Source: Gemmatimonadota bacterium | GTDB taxonomy: Bacteria > Gemmatimonadota > Gemmatimonadetes > Gemmatimonadales > GWC2-71-9 | Assembly: GCA_016199245.1 (NCBI GenBank) | Contig: JACQHC010000046.1 | Coordinates: 1 to 58,926, forward strand | Direction: 5' to 3' | DNA length: 58,926 nucleotides | Shown here: in pieces, positions 28,106 to 37,348 of the stretch | Numbering within the stretch: position 1 is the stretch's first letter | How the letters are laid out: every line of letters begins with the position of its first letter | The notes under the pieces: model-generated | What the model was told of the DNA's origin: nothing | Seen by the model: only the letters and a program-made list of their open reading frames with translations | Database searches by the model: none | Program-made: the position numbers and the translations under genes

Positions 28106-28783
28106 TCAGCTCGGCGGCCATCCGGCCGGGTAGCACCCGTACATGCGCTGGTAGGATTGAACCACGGCCGGTGGGGGATTCCTGCGCGCCTCGCCGACCG
28201 ATTCCCGGTACGCACGATCAAGCTGCGCCCTCAGCTCGGCTGTTTCCGAGGCGCGCAGCTGCCGTTCCAACTGCCAGGCCACGCTCTGGCTCGGATCGTA
28301 CTCCTCGAACCCCTCGCGCTGGTCGCTCCAATTGCCCATGTCAATGAGGTAGATCCGCGGGTGAACGTAGCGCCACGCGAGGCCCGCGCTCCGCATGCGC
28401 GCGAAGATCACATCGTAGACCGGCGATAGATCCTCGTCGCGCATGCCCAACGTACCCATGTAGAAGTCGAGGTAGTCGCACCTATCGTGAACCCCATCGT
28501 CATGGGCTGCGCGCTGCGACCGAAACGCCGCGACGAATCCAGCGGCGGCCCGAAACGAGCCCAGGTCCACAGCTTTGCCGTCCGCCGTCGTCACGTCGTG
28601 ATTGTTGGAGAACACGTCCCACAGGCACCGGCCGAGCAAGTCGGCCGCCTCGTCTGGCGACAGCGTCCGGTACCCGCGGCGCGTCAGCTCGGCGACGATC
28701 GCCCCGTCATCCAGCCCGTGCGGGAACATCCGCATGAAGAGGTCCCAACAGGCCGGCTGGCTCAACCGCTCGCGCTCGGTCAT
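28106..28783 (-). CDS. Hypothetical cytoplasmic protein (225 aa)
   Basis: Protein-like composition (W/Y/F/D-rich, unlike GC shadows). I recognise no motif. It is flanked by a 258-nt non-coding stretch. Confidence 0.55.
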   Translation of the reverse strand: MTERERLSQPACWDLFMRMFPHGLDDGAIVAELTRRGYRTLSPDEAADLLGRCLWDVFSNNHDVTTADGKAVDLGSFRAAAGFVAAFRSQRAAHDDGVHDRCDYLDFYMGTLGMRDEDLSPVYDVIFARMRSAGLAWRYVHPRIYLIDMGNWSDQREGFEEYDPSQSVAWQLERQLRASETAELRAQLDRAYRESVGEARRNPPPAVVQSYQRMYGCYPAGWPPS

Positions 28784-29040
28784 CTGTCGAGAATCTACCG
28801 CGGATGTATTCCATGACCGTTACCAATTCTTTGCAGATCGGGCAGGGGGGGGTGTGCGGATCGATCCGTCCGTGATTGCGACGTTGCGGTCGTGCCTCCG
28901 GTCCTGGCGATATAGACGGTGCCATCCCGCCGCTGCCGAACTCACGCTCGGTGCTCAAGAGCGGGCTGCCTTGCTGCATGTGGCCTGATCCGGTGAAGCT
29001 GGTCTCTCGGGGGCGGCCGGACCAAGTGTGCAGGACGCGA

Positions 29041-30312
29041 CTACGGTTTCCACTTCCCCCGCGCCACCGCCGGCACGAAACCGTCTAGACCGTCGGGAGG
29101 AAATTCCAGCGACTTCCCCAGCTCGGCACTCATGTACGCGGCCATGAGGATCTTCACGACCTCCAGTCCATCCTCCCACGTGAGCATGGGCTTTTCGTCG
29201 TTCAGGAACGCCTGCACGAAGTGCCGATCTTCCGCCACGTAGCCGTACGCCGCCGCCTCGTCCGTCACGAGCGGCATCAGGCCCATCTCGGCGTTCTGCT
29301 TCTCCACCAGATCCTCGCCCGATTCACCCTTCACCTCGCGGCTGAAGAACAGCTTGAGCCCGCTGTCCAGCGAGTTCCACGACATGGAGTACTCGGGGCC
29401 CAGCAGCTCGGCCGAAAGCCTGAGGCCCGCGCCCACATAGCTCCACGAGGTCGTGGCCTCACCCAGCACACGATGTCCCTCGGCCGTCTCGAACTCGATC
29501 ATCACGCTCGCGAAGTCCTCGGCGGGCCGAGCGGCGTAGTCCACGTCGGCGCCCATGCGACCCTTGAGGCGCTCGACGTACTCGGGGCGCGTCCACTTGA
29601 GGCTCGCGATGTGGCCGGTGATCCGCACGGGCTTCAGCGTCGACCGGCGGGCGCCGGGCTTGGTGAGCAGGAACCGCACCAGCTCCGCCGAGTGACACAT
29701 CATGTCGTTCAGCACGCCGCCGCCCTGGAGAGTGCCCTGCCAGAACCACGGCATGTGCGGCCCGCTGTGCTCTTCCGCGGCGCGCGCGAGATACGGACGT
29801 CCGGTGAGCGAAGCGCCGCGCGCCCAGATGATCGAGCGGCCCTGCGTCACCGCCGGTGCGAAGACCTGGTTCTCGAGGTAGCCGTGATTGAGCCCCACGC
29901 TCCGCGCCAGTCTGAGGATCTGCCTTGCCTCCCGGACGTTTCGGGCGAGTGGCTTTTCGCAGGCGATCCCCTTGAGCTTCCCCGTGCGGCGGCGGATGGC
30001 GTCCACGATCTCCTCGACGTTCGCCAGCCGCGTGTGGTTCGGCCCGCACAGCCAGAGCGCGTCGATCGCGGGATCGGCAACCAGGTCGGTGATGGACGCA
30101 TACGGCTTTGCCTCACCTACGCCGAGTCGCCGGGCGAGCGCCGCAGCATCGGCGGCATGGGAAGCATTGGGACTCCACACGCCCAGGATGTCCGCGTCGC
30201 GCACGCCTGCCCATCCCTGCATGTGGAACTTGGTGTTGAACCCCGAGCCAATGAATCCAACGCCGAGGCGCTCAGTCGCCACGGAGGCTCGGCCAGCGAC
30301 CGGCTGCCTCAT
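29041..30312 (-). CDS. Gfo/Idh/MocA-family oxidoreductase
   Basis: Rossmann motif LGVGFIGSGFNTKFHMQGW. The start is ambiguous. ATG 30312 (MRQPVAG...) is preferred because the track start 30417 reads through a purine-rich repeat, giving a K/R/G low-complexity N-terminus. Confidence 0.8.
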   Translation of the reverse strand: MRQPVAGRASVATERLGVGFIGSGFNTKFHMQGWAGVRDADILGVWSPNASHAADAAALARRLGVGEAKPYASITDLVADPAIDALWLCGPNHTRLANVEEIVDAIRRRTGKLKGIACEKPLARNVREARQILRLARSVGLNHGYLENQVFAPAVTQGRSIIWARGASLTGRPYLARAAEEHSGPHMPWFWQGTLQGGGVLNDMMCHSAELVRFLLTKPGARRSTLKPVRITGHIASLKWTRPEYVERLKGRMGADVDYAARPAEDFASVMIEFETAEGHRVLGEATTSWSYVGAGLRLSAELLGPEYSMSWNSLDSGLKLFFSREVKGESGEDLVEKQNAEMGLMPLVTDEAAAYGYVAEDRHFVQAFLNDEKPMLTWEDGLEVVKILMAAYMSAELGKSLEFPPDGLDGFVPAVARGKWKP

Positions 30313-30314
30313 CG

Positions 30315-30405
30315 CCTTTCTTCGCCCGTCATCGCCCTTCGTCGCCCGCGTTCTTGCCGCCTTCCCTCGCCTCTCTTCGCCTCTCCTCGTCCCCCCTCGT
30401 CTCTT
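30315..30405. repeat. Purine/G-tract-rich intergenic element (minus orientation)
   Basis: The reverse complement reads aataagagacgaggggggacgaggagaggcgaagagaggcgagggaagg...gaagaaaggcgatgagg. It is similar to the elements at 34.7, 45.6 and 50.6 kb. Confidence 0.5.
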
Positions 30406-31085
30406 ATTCGTCGCCATAGCTCACGCCCAACTTCCTCAGTTGTTCCTCGCTGCACCCGTTCCAGTCCGGCGCGAACGTGTTGCCGATGTATTGCAGGTCC
30501 TCCACCCCCATCTTGCTCGACCAGAAGCCGGTCGCCGTCAGGTCGCGGAAGCGGTTGAAGAACTCGACCCCGTGGCTCAGCTCCGGTTTCGCTCGAGCGG
30601 GCCAGGCTATGTCGTCCAGCACCGCCCGCCGTTCTGGTTCGGCGCACTCCGCGAAGGTCTTGGCGAACCGCTCGCGACACTCGGTGTCCAGCCACGCGAG
30701 CCCCCCGCGCATCGGCGTCTGCTGGGTCTCTTGATCGGTCATGATGAAGTCCATGAACTCCGGTACTCCGGCGTCCGTGGCGCTGCCTGATCGCTCATCG
30801 CGCGGGATGATCAGGTCCACGAGAATCCGGACTGTCTCCCACTCGTGCGGCGTGAAGAAACGGGGCTGATACTGCTGCCCGCGGCGGCGCAAATCGGCCA
30901 GGGTGCGTGCCGCCCGCTCGAGGTCGAGGGCGGAAACGTCGAAGCCAGCCGCGAGCGGAACTGCGGCGAGAATGCCTACTGCGCGGCGCCGGTCGATTCC
31001 GACGTCCGATGACCGATGTCCGATGTCCGAATCCGTTTCTCGAGCATCGGATTGCGGATATCGGTCATCGCCCTCAGATCGCACC
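30404..31085 (-). CDS. Gluconate 2-dehydrogenase subunit 3-family protein (Tat-exported small subunit of the GMC dehydrogenase)
   Basis: Tat motif GIDRRRAVGILAAVPLAAG, with size and position downstream of a GMC flavoprotein. The only in-frame starts (GTG 31085, ATG 31114) lie upstream of a heptad repeat, which is therefore translated. Confidence 0.7.
30994..31070. repeat. 7-nt-periodic CGAT-rich palindromic element, copy B (inside the annotated N-terminus of the subunit-3 gene)
   Basis: cgattcc gacgtc cgatgac cgatgtc cgatgtc cgaatcc ... catcgga ttgcgga tatcggt catcg. Arms gatgaccgat.tccg / cgga.atcggtcatc are complementary. Confidence 0.65.
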
Positions 31086-32756
31086 CGCTCTCCTCTGCTC
31101 CGTGATGTAGTCACTCGCCCTCCACGCCAGCGCGAGAATGGTCCACGTCGGGTTCTTGTCCGGCTGCGACACGAACGGTCCGCCGTCGACGACGATCAAA
31201 TTCTTCACGTCGTGCGCCTGGCCGTACGGATTGACCACGGAGCGACTCGCGTCGGTGCCCATTCGGGTGACGCCCAGCTCGTGGATGATCTCGCCCCCTG
31301 CCGTGATGCCGTAGTCGCGATCCGGGCCGGGCAGGGGCGCGAACACCTGGCCCCCCATCTCCGCGACGATCGCCCGGAAGGTCTCCTGCATGTGCTTCAC
31401 CTGCTTCAGCTCGTGATCGCTCCACTTGAAGTGGAACCGGAGTACCGGGATGCCCCACTGGTCCACGACCGCCGGGTCCGGCTCGCAGTACGAGTCGTCG
31501 TTGGGGATCATCTCCCCCCGACCGGCGAACCCGACGTAGGCCCCGTAGTAGCGGCGGTAGGCATCCTTCAATTCCTTGCCGTATCCGCCGCCGACGGGAT
31601 AGCGGTGAATTCCGCCCAGGAATCCGTAGCCCGGCATCGTGCGCCCACCGCCAACCTCGATATGGTAGCCGCGCGGGAAATCCAGCCTCCGGTTGTCGAG
31701 CCACCAAGGCATGAAGAGGTGGCCGGTGCCGGACCCGTCGTGGTTGTGGGGTACCTGATCCATCAGCCTGGGGATGAACCCCGTGACGCCGGCACCCGTG
31801 GTATCCGTGAGATACTTCCCCAATACACCGCTCGAGTTGGCGAGGCCCTGTGGGAAGCGGGACGAGGTGGAGTTGAACAGCAGCCGCGCCGACTCACACG
31901 CGCTCGCCGCGAGCACCACAATCCGGGCGCGCACACGTTCCTCGCGCCCCGTGTTCTTGTCGATGTAGTTGACGCCCGTAGCGAGCCCCGCCTGGTCCGT
32001 CGTCACCTCTCGCGCCATGGCGTGGAGGACCAGCGTCAGCTTGCCCGTTGCACGGGCGGGCGGCAACAGGACGTTGGTCGTCGAGAAGTTCGAGTTCGTG
32101 GCGCAGCCGCGACCGCACTGGCCACAGTAGTGGCAGGCTGGGCGCCCGTTCAGCGGCCGCGTCAGAATCGACAGGCGACTCGGCACGCACGTGATGCTCA
32201 GCCGATCGCAGGCCTGCTTGACGAGGAGCTCGTGGCACCGGGGCCGAGGCGGCGGCTGAAAGACGCCGTCGGGATCGTTGGGGAGATTCTCCCGGCTCCC
32301 GAAGATCCCGATCAACCGATCGACGCGATCGTAGTACGGCTTGACGACGTCGTAGGTGATCGGCCAATCGTCACCGAGGCCGTCGAGCGTCCTGCGCCGG
32401 AAATCGTCCGGGCCGAATCGCAGGGAGATGCGCCCCCAGTGGTTCGTGCGCCCGCCCAGCATGCGGACGCGAAACCACATGAAGCGTTGACCCGGCGCCG
32501 TCGTATACGGTTCGCCGGGCAGCGACCAGCCGCCGAGCCCGGCGTCGAACTCGCCGAAATGGCGCTCGGCTGTGGCCGCGCCGCGGCGCTGCGTCTCGTA
32601 GTACCACTTGAACATCGCCGAATCCGTGGCGTTGTCCCAGGTGGGGCCCGCCTCGAGCATCACGACGTCCGCGCCCGCCCGCGTGAGGACGTGCGCGGCC
32701 ATGCCGCCGCCGGCGCCGGACCCGACAATGCACACGTCGTACAGCCTGCCTTGCAT
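31074..32756 (-). CDS. GMC-family FAD oxidoreductase
   Basis: FAD fingerprint VCIVGSGAGGGMAAHVLTRAGADVVMLEAG. The C-terminal region GTDASRSVVNPYGQAHDVKNLIVVDGGPF is typical of GMC enzymes. Confidence 0.85.
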   Translation of the reverse strand: MQGRLYDVCIVGSGAGGGMAAHVLTRAGADVVMLEAGPTWDNATDSAMFKWYYETQRRGAATAERHFGEFDAGLGGWSLPGEPYTTAPGQRFMWFRVRMLGGRTNHWGRISLRFGPDDFRRRTLDGLGDDWPITYDVVKPYYDRVDRLIGIFGSRENLPNDPDGVFQPPPRPRCHELLVKQACDRLSITCVPSRLSILTRPLNGRPACHYCGQCGRGCATNSNFSTTNVLLPPARATGKLTLVLHAMAREVTTDQAGLATGVNYIDKNTGREERVRARIVVLAASACESARLLFNSTSSRFPQGLANSSGVLGKYLTDTTGAGVTGFIPRLMDQVPHNHDGSGTGHLFMPWWLDNRRLDFPRGYHIEVGGGRTMPGYGFLGGIHRYPVGGGYGKELKDAYRRYYGAYVGFAGRGEMIPNDDSYCEPDPAVVDQWGIPVLRFHFKWSDHELKQVKHMQETFRAIVAEMGGQVFAPLPGPDRDYGITAGGEIIHELGVTRMGTDASRSVVNPYGQAHDVKNLIVVDGGPFVSQPDKNPTWTILALAWRASDYITEQRRAGAI

Positions 32757-32832
32757 GGAGGACCTCGCCGGAGTCTTGCGGTGACGGACGAATCGTAAGA
32801 TGTGGCGCCTGACGTAACGTCGCGAGTCGGTT

Positions 32833-34137
32833 CTACGTCGCGTGACGATCCAGCACGGAGCGAACCGTGCTCAGCAGTTCGTGCATTTCGGCCGGCTTTT
32901 CCAGAAAAGCGACGACCTTCCCGGGGAACCCGGCCCACGACACGGGCCGTTGGACGTAGCCCGACATGTACACCACGCGAATGTCGGGGTCGAGGCCCGT
33001 GAGATGATCCACCAGTGTGAGCCCGCTCATCTGCGGCATCACCACGTCGGAGACCAGCAGGTGGGGCCGCCAGCCTCCCTCGTAGCGGCGGATCACCTCA
33101 ATGGGGTCATCTTCCTGCTGGACGCGATACCCCATCCGCTCGAGGATGCGCGCGACCGCACGGCCCGCGTCGGGATCGTCGTCCACGACGAGGACGGACT
33201 CACCGCCGGGCACTGGCGAGGGCGTGGCGGGCGCGGCCTCCGCGGGTGCCGCCCGGGTCGGCGCGGACAATCGGGCGCCCGCGTGGTCAGCGGCCATCAC
33301 GCGATTACGGCCCGCGCCTTTCGCGGCGTAGAGCGCACGGTCGGCCGCCGCGATGAGCAGTTCCCACGATCCCATGCCATCCTGGTACGACGCGACCCCC
33401 GCGCTGGCGGTGAGTGAGCCCCAGGAAAACTGGTGCTGCGCGAGCTCGTGCCGCACCCGTTCGGCGAACACGATCCCCTCTTCCACGGTCGAGTCGGCGA
33501 GCATCGAGACGAACTCCTCTCCGCCGAACCGCGCCGACAGGTCCATCCGCCTCGTGTTGCGCGCCAGCACTCGCGCGAACGCGCGCAGCGCCTCGTCCCC
33601 GGCTTCATGGCCGTGCCGGTCGTTCACTTTCTTGAAGTAGTCCAGGTCGAACAGCACGACCGCGAGTGACCGGCCCCGCACGGCGCCGCCGAACTGCGTG
33701 TCCAGCACGGTCTCGGCGTGCCGGCGGTTTGGAATGCCGGTGAGCGCGTCGGTCAGGGCCATCGCCTCCGCGACCTGGCGCTCGCGGTGCAGGATCTGCG
33801 CGAACACGGCCACGCCGATGCACACGCCCACGTACACCGCGATCACCGCGAGGAGCAGCGCCCAGTTCGGCCCCGGGATGCCGAGCGCCAGCACAACGAC
33901 CTGCGTGAGGGAAAGCACAGCCATCCCCGCCGCCAGGGCCACGGCAACACCTCGGAGACCGCGGTAGTAGGCGAGCAGGAATGCCGGTACCAGGGAGGTC
34001 ATCCAGATCATCATTCCCTGGTCCTCCTGCACCTCCTGGGGGAATGCGAACACGGCCGCGACGGGAACGGCCAGCGCGGCCAGCGAGAGGACCAGAGCGC
34101 GGAGCGGGACGGGCCGAGGAACGTAGGGACGGGTCAT
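32833..34137 (-). CDS. Membrane-bound diguanylate cyclase (GGDEF) with a C-terminal receiver domain
   Basis: An N-terminal multi-TM region, a GGDEF domain (RFGGEEFVSML), then a REC domain (VLVVDDDPDAGRAV...LLVSDVVMPQMSG). The start was trimmed to ATG 34137. Confidence 0.8.
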   Translation of the reverse strand: MTRPYVPRPVPLRALVLSLAALAVPVAAVFAFPQEVQEDQGMMIWMTSLVPAFLLAYYRGLRGVAVALAAGMAVLSLTQVVVLALGIPGPNWALLLAVIAVYVGVCIGVAVFAQILHRERQVAEAMALTDALTGIPNRRHAETVLDTQFGGAVRGRSLAVVLFDLDYFKKVNDRHGHEAGDEALRAFARVLARNTRRMDLSARFGGEEFVSMLADSTVEEGIVFAERVRHELAQHQFSWGSLTASAGVASYQDGMGSWELLIAAADRALYAAKGAGRNRVMAADHAGARLSAPTRAAPAEAAPATPSPVPGGESVLVVDDDPDAGRAVARILERMGYRVQQEDDPIEVIRRYEGGWRPHLLVSDVVMPQMSGLTLVDHLTGLDPDIRVVYMSGYVQRPVSWAGFPGKVVAFLEKPAEMHELLSTVRSVLDRHAT

Positions 34138-34320
34138 CGTGAGTCGCTGGGGCGAGGCGGTGTAGAACATACGCGGGGGACGTGCTTCGGGAATCCCGCC
34201 CGGGTGAGACGTGGAGGGAGGAATGGGCTTGAGAAGTCCGACAGCACGCGGCGACTGGCGATGGGGACGCGGGCCGGGTATCAATCACGAGGCAATGGTG
34301 AACCACCAGAGGAGGAACAC

Positions 34321-34698
34321 GTGAAACACGACTCCGGAGCCGTCGTTCGCCCGGCCGACGCCGCGCCGTCCAACACGGTCGCGGCAGGAAAGGCCACGCG
34401 CATGCAGGTACTTGTGGGGCCGGAGCAGGGGGCGCCCAACTTCGTCCTGCGGCGTTTCACGATGGGTGAGGGCGGCGGCATGCCGCTCCACACCAATCAG
34501 GTGGAGCACGAGCAGTATGTGCTGCGCGGCCGGGCCCGCATTAGGATCGGCGAGCGGATCCATGAGGTGGGCCCGGACCATACGTTGTACATCCCGGCCG
34601 GTGCGCCTCACTCCTACGAGGTCGTCGAGGCGCCGTTCGAGTTCCTCTGCGTCGTACCCAACAAGCCGGATCAAGTCCGGATTGCCGATGCGTGCTGA
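34321..34698 (+). CDS. Cupin-domain protein
   Basis: GGAGG lies 5 nt upstream of GTG 34321. Cupin motifs GGGMPLHTNQVEHEQYVLRG and YIPAGAPHSYEVV are present. The track ORF from 33718 is an over-extension antisense to the GGDEF gene. Confidence 0.75.
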   Translation: MKHDSGAVVRPADAAPSNTVAAGKATRMQVLVGPEQGAPNFVLRRFTMGEGGGMPLHTNQVEHEQYVLRGRARIRIGERIHEVGPDHTLYIPAGAPHSYEVVEAPFEFLCVVPNKPDQVRIADAC

Positions 34699-34700
34699 TA

Positions 34701-34750
34701 GAAAGGCGTGAGCGGTAAGGGGTGACGAGAAAGGGGCACCCCCACGCTTC
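34701..34750. repeat. Purine/G-tract-rich intergenic element
   Basis: gaaaggcgtgagcggtaaggggtgacgagaaaggggcacccccacgc. It shares gaaaggcgtg and the aggggt[ag]a...gggg...cccc..cacg layout with 50645-50695. Confidence 0.5.
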
Positions 34751-34824
34751 AGGGCTTTCTGTTCCCGACGCGTCAACCTTCCACCGCGCTCGGGTGTCCA
34801 ACCCATAGTCCCGATCCGTTTTCC

Positions 34825-37266
34825 ATGTTCATGCCCGGCCTTGCTGATGACGTACGCTACGTCGTGCGGGCGCTGACTCGGCGTCCGGGGTACGCCACCG
34901 TGGCGATCGTCACGATCGCGCTCGCCCTGGCCGGCAACGCCGCGATCTTCAGCATCCTCAAAGCCGTGCTGCTCGAGCCGCTGCCGTACCGGGAGCCGGA
35001 ACGACTGGTCACGATCGACGTGATGTCCACGCGCGGCTTCTACATCTCGACGTCCATTCCGAACTATCGCGATTGGCGTGATCGAACGACCGCGTTCGAG
35101 GCCTTCGCGGGCGCCTCCGGCTGGGGGTTCATTCTCACGGGCCGCGGACAGGCGGAGGCGGTGAGCGCTCAGGCGGTCATTGGGGACCTGTTCACGGTTC
35201 TGGGTCTTGAGCCGGAGCGGGGGCGCCTGTTCGGCGCGGCCGAAACGGAACCTGGCGCCGCTCCCGTGGTGGTCCTGGGAGAACGATTCTGGCGCGCGCG
35301 CCTTGGCGCGGATCCAGCCATCGTGGGGCAGACGCTGGCGCTCGACGGTCGGCCGCACGTCGTCACCGGTGTGCTGCGGCGCGAGGCAGGCTACCCGACA
35401 CCAGACGTGAACGTCTACGTCCCCATGGGATCCATCCCGGGGCTTCCGTTCGACGATCGGCGGAGCGGGTTCGGCACGCGCGCGGTGGCGCGCCTGGCGC
35501 CGGGGATCACGCTCGTCCGAGCCCAGGAAGAGCTCAATCGGGCGACGCGGGCCGTCGAGGAAGAGGAAGGACGGACGATTGAGCATCCGGAGGTGCGCAC
35601 GTTGCGCGAGTTCTTCGTGGGCGATGTGGACGGCATGATCTGGATACTCGGCGGGGCGGTCGGTTTCGTCTTGCTCATTGCCACGGCGAACGTCGGCAAC
35701 CTGACTCTGGCCCGCGGAGAGGGACGCCGCCGTGAGATCGCCGTTCGCTCATCGCTGGGCGCCTCCCGCGGAGCCGTCCTCCGAACGTTGCTGATGGAAA
35801 GCCTGGTGCTGGCGCTCACCGGTGGTGTCGCGGGCCTCGCGCTCGCGTTCGCCAGCGTGCGGTTTGCCGTGCCGCTGCTGCCCGAATCCGTGCCACTCGT
35901 ACTGCGCGAGCGGATCGGTGTGGACCTGGGCGTCGCGGGGTTCACGCTGTTGCTCGCGGGGCTCACGGGATTGCTTGCCGGACTGATACCGGCGTTGCGG
36001 GCGTCGCGTACCGAGCTCGCCCGTGAGCTGCGAGACGGGGGGCGCGGGACTGGCGGGACGGGCCGGCAGCGGCTCCGCTCGGGGCTCGTGGTGGCAGAGG
36101 TGGCGCTGGCTCTCATGCTGCTGATCGGCGCCGGCCTCATGCTCCACAGTCTGCGGAACCTGGGAACGGCGGACAAGGGATTCTCCGAGGCCGGCGTCCT
36201 GACCGCGGGCGTCCCTCTGGCGGATGATCGGTACGACAGCAAGGAGCGCTGGAGGGGGTTCTATGAGGAGCTGGTGACGCGCGCGACCGCAATGCCGGGC
36301 GTCCGCACGGCGGCGCTGGCCCTGTTGGTGCCGCTGACCCAGCGGTCCTGGGAGCTTGGCGTTCTGCCGGACAACGTGCCGTACGATCAGGAACAACAGC
36401 AGTCGGTGCTCTACAACGTGGTCTCCCCGGGCTACTTCGAAGCCATGGGGATCACCATGCTCGACGGCGAGCTGTTCACCGGTGCGGAGCGAGACGGCAC
36501 CGACCCGGTAGCGGTGATCGACGAGACCATGGCCGCGCGCTTCTGGCCGGGGGAGCGGGCCGTGGGCAGGCGCATCACGTTCGAGCAGACCGAGGGTCCG
36601 AGCCCGGCACCGGTCTATCGCACGGTCATCGGGGTCGTGCGAAACGTCCGGCACTACGAGCTGCGCAGCCCTTCCCGCATTCAGGTCTACGTGCCTCTGA
36701 GTCAGACGCTCCGGAGATGGGGGATGAGCCTGACCATGATCCTCAAGGCTGACGTGGCCCCGTCATCACTCGTGGCTGCACTTGCGCGTGAGGTCGATAC
36801 GATGGACCCCACCATTCCGCTCATTCGCGTCCGGGAGCTCGAGGACTACGTGACGAGCGATCTATCTGATAGCCGAGCGCTGGGCGCCGTGCTCAGCCTC
36901 TTCGGAGGCGTGGCGCTGGCCATCGCGGGCGTGGGGATCTTCGGCGTCGTGTCGTTCGTGGTGTTGCAGCGCGCGCGGGAAATCGGGATACGCATGGCGC
37001 TGGGCGCCGCACCTCGTCAGGTGGCAGCCTGGGTCGCGCGATTCGCCGGGGCGCTCGCCGGTGCGGGGGTGGCGGCCGGGTTGCTTGGCTCGGCCATCCT
37101 CAGCCGGGTGCTCAGAGGGTTCTTGTATGAAGTGAATCCGATCGATCCCGGCCTGTACCTGGCCGTCACGGCGCTCCTGCTGTCCGTGGCCGCCCTTGCG
37201 GTATACGTTCCGGCCCGGCGCGCGATGCGGGTGGATCCCGTGACGGTGTTGAGTAGCGAACAGTGA
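34825..37266 (+). CDS. ADOP-family ABC transporter permease (MacB-like periplasmic domains plus two FtsX modules)
   Basis: The N-terminus DVRYVVRALTRRPGYATVAIVTIALALAGNAAIFS is typical of this family. There are two FtsX-type 4-TM modules. 813 aa. Confidence 0.85.
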   Translation: MFMPGLADDVRYVVRALTRRPGYATVAIVTIALALAGNAAIFSILKAVLLEPLPYREPERLVTIDVMSTRGFYISTSIPNYRDWRDRTTAFEAFAGASGWGFILTGRGQAEAVSAQAVIGDLFTVLGLEPERGRLFGAAETEPGAAPVVVLGERFWRARLGADPAIVGQTLALDGRPHVVTGVLRREAGYPTPDVNVYVPMGSIPGLPFDDRRSGFGTRAVARLAPGITLVRAQEELNRATRAVEEEEGRTIEHPEVRTLREFFVGDVDGMIWILGGAVGFVLLIATANVGNLTLARGEGRRREIAVRSSLGASRGAVLRTLLMESLVLALTGGVAGLALAFASVRFAVPLLPESVPLVLRERIGVDLGVAGFTLLLAGLTGLLAGLIPALRASRTELARELRDGGRGTGGTGRQRLRSGLVVAEVALALMLLIGAGLMLHSLRNLGTADKGFSEAGVLTAGVPLADDRYDSKERWRGFYEELVTRATAMPGVRTAALALLVPLTQRSWELGVLPDNVPYDQEQQQSVLYNVVSPGYFEAMGITMLDGELFTGAERDGTDPVAVIDETMAARFWPGERAVGRRITFEQTEGPSPAPVYRTVIGVVRNVRHYELRSPSRIQVYVPLSQTLRRWGMSLTMILKADVAPSSLVAALAREVDTMDPTIPLIRVRELEDYVTSDLSDSRALGAVLSLFGGVALAIAGVGIFGVVSFVVLQRAREIGIRMALGAAPRQVAAWVARFAGALAGAGVAAGLLGSAILSRVLRGFLYEVNPIDPGLYLAVTALLLSVAALAVYVPARRAMRVDPVTVLSSEQ

Positions 37267-37310
37267 ATCATCTCCCCTCCTAGCGCCCTGTCGACCAGCC
37301 GCGCACCTTT

Positions 37311-37341
37311 GCCTCCGAAATCGCACGTCTTTTTCGGAGGC
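37311..37341 (+). promoter_or_regulatory. 10-bp hairpin whose 3' arm contains the Shine-Dalgarno of the downstream gene
   Basis: GCCTCCGAAA (37311-37320), an 11-nt loop, then TTTCGGAGGC (37332-37341). GGAGG (37336-37340) lies 8 nt before ATG 37349. Confidence 0.45.
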
Positions 37342-37348
37342 TGTTCGC

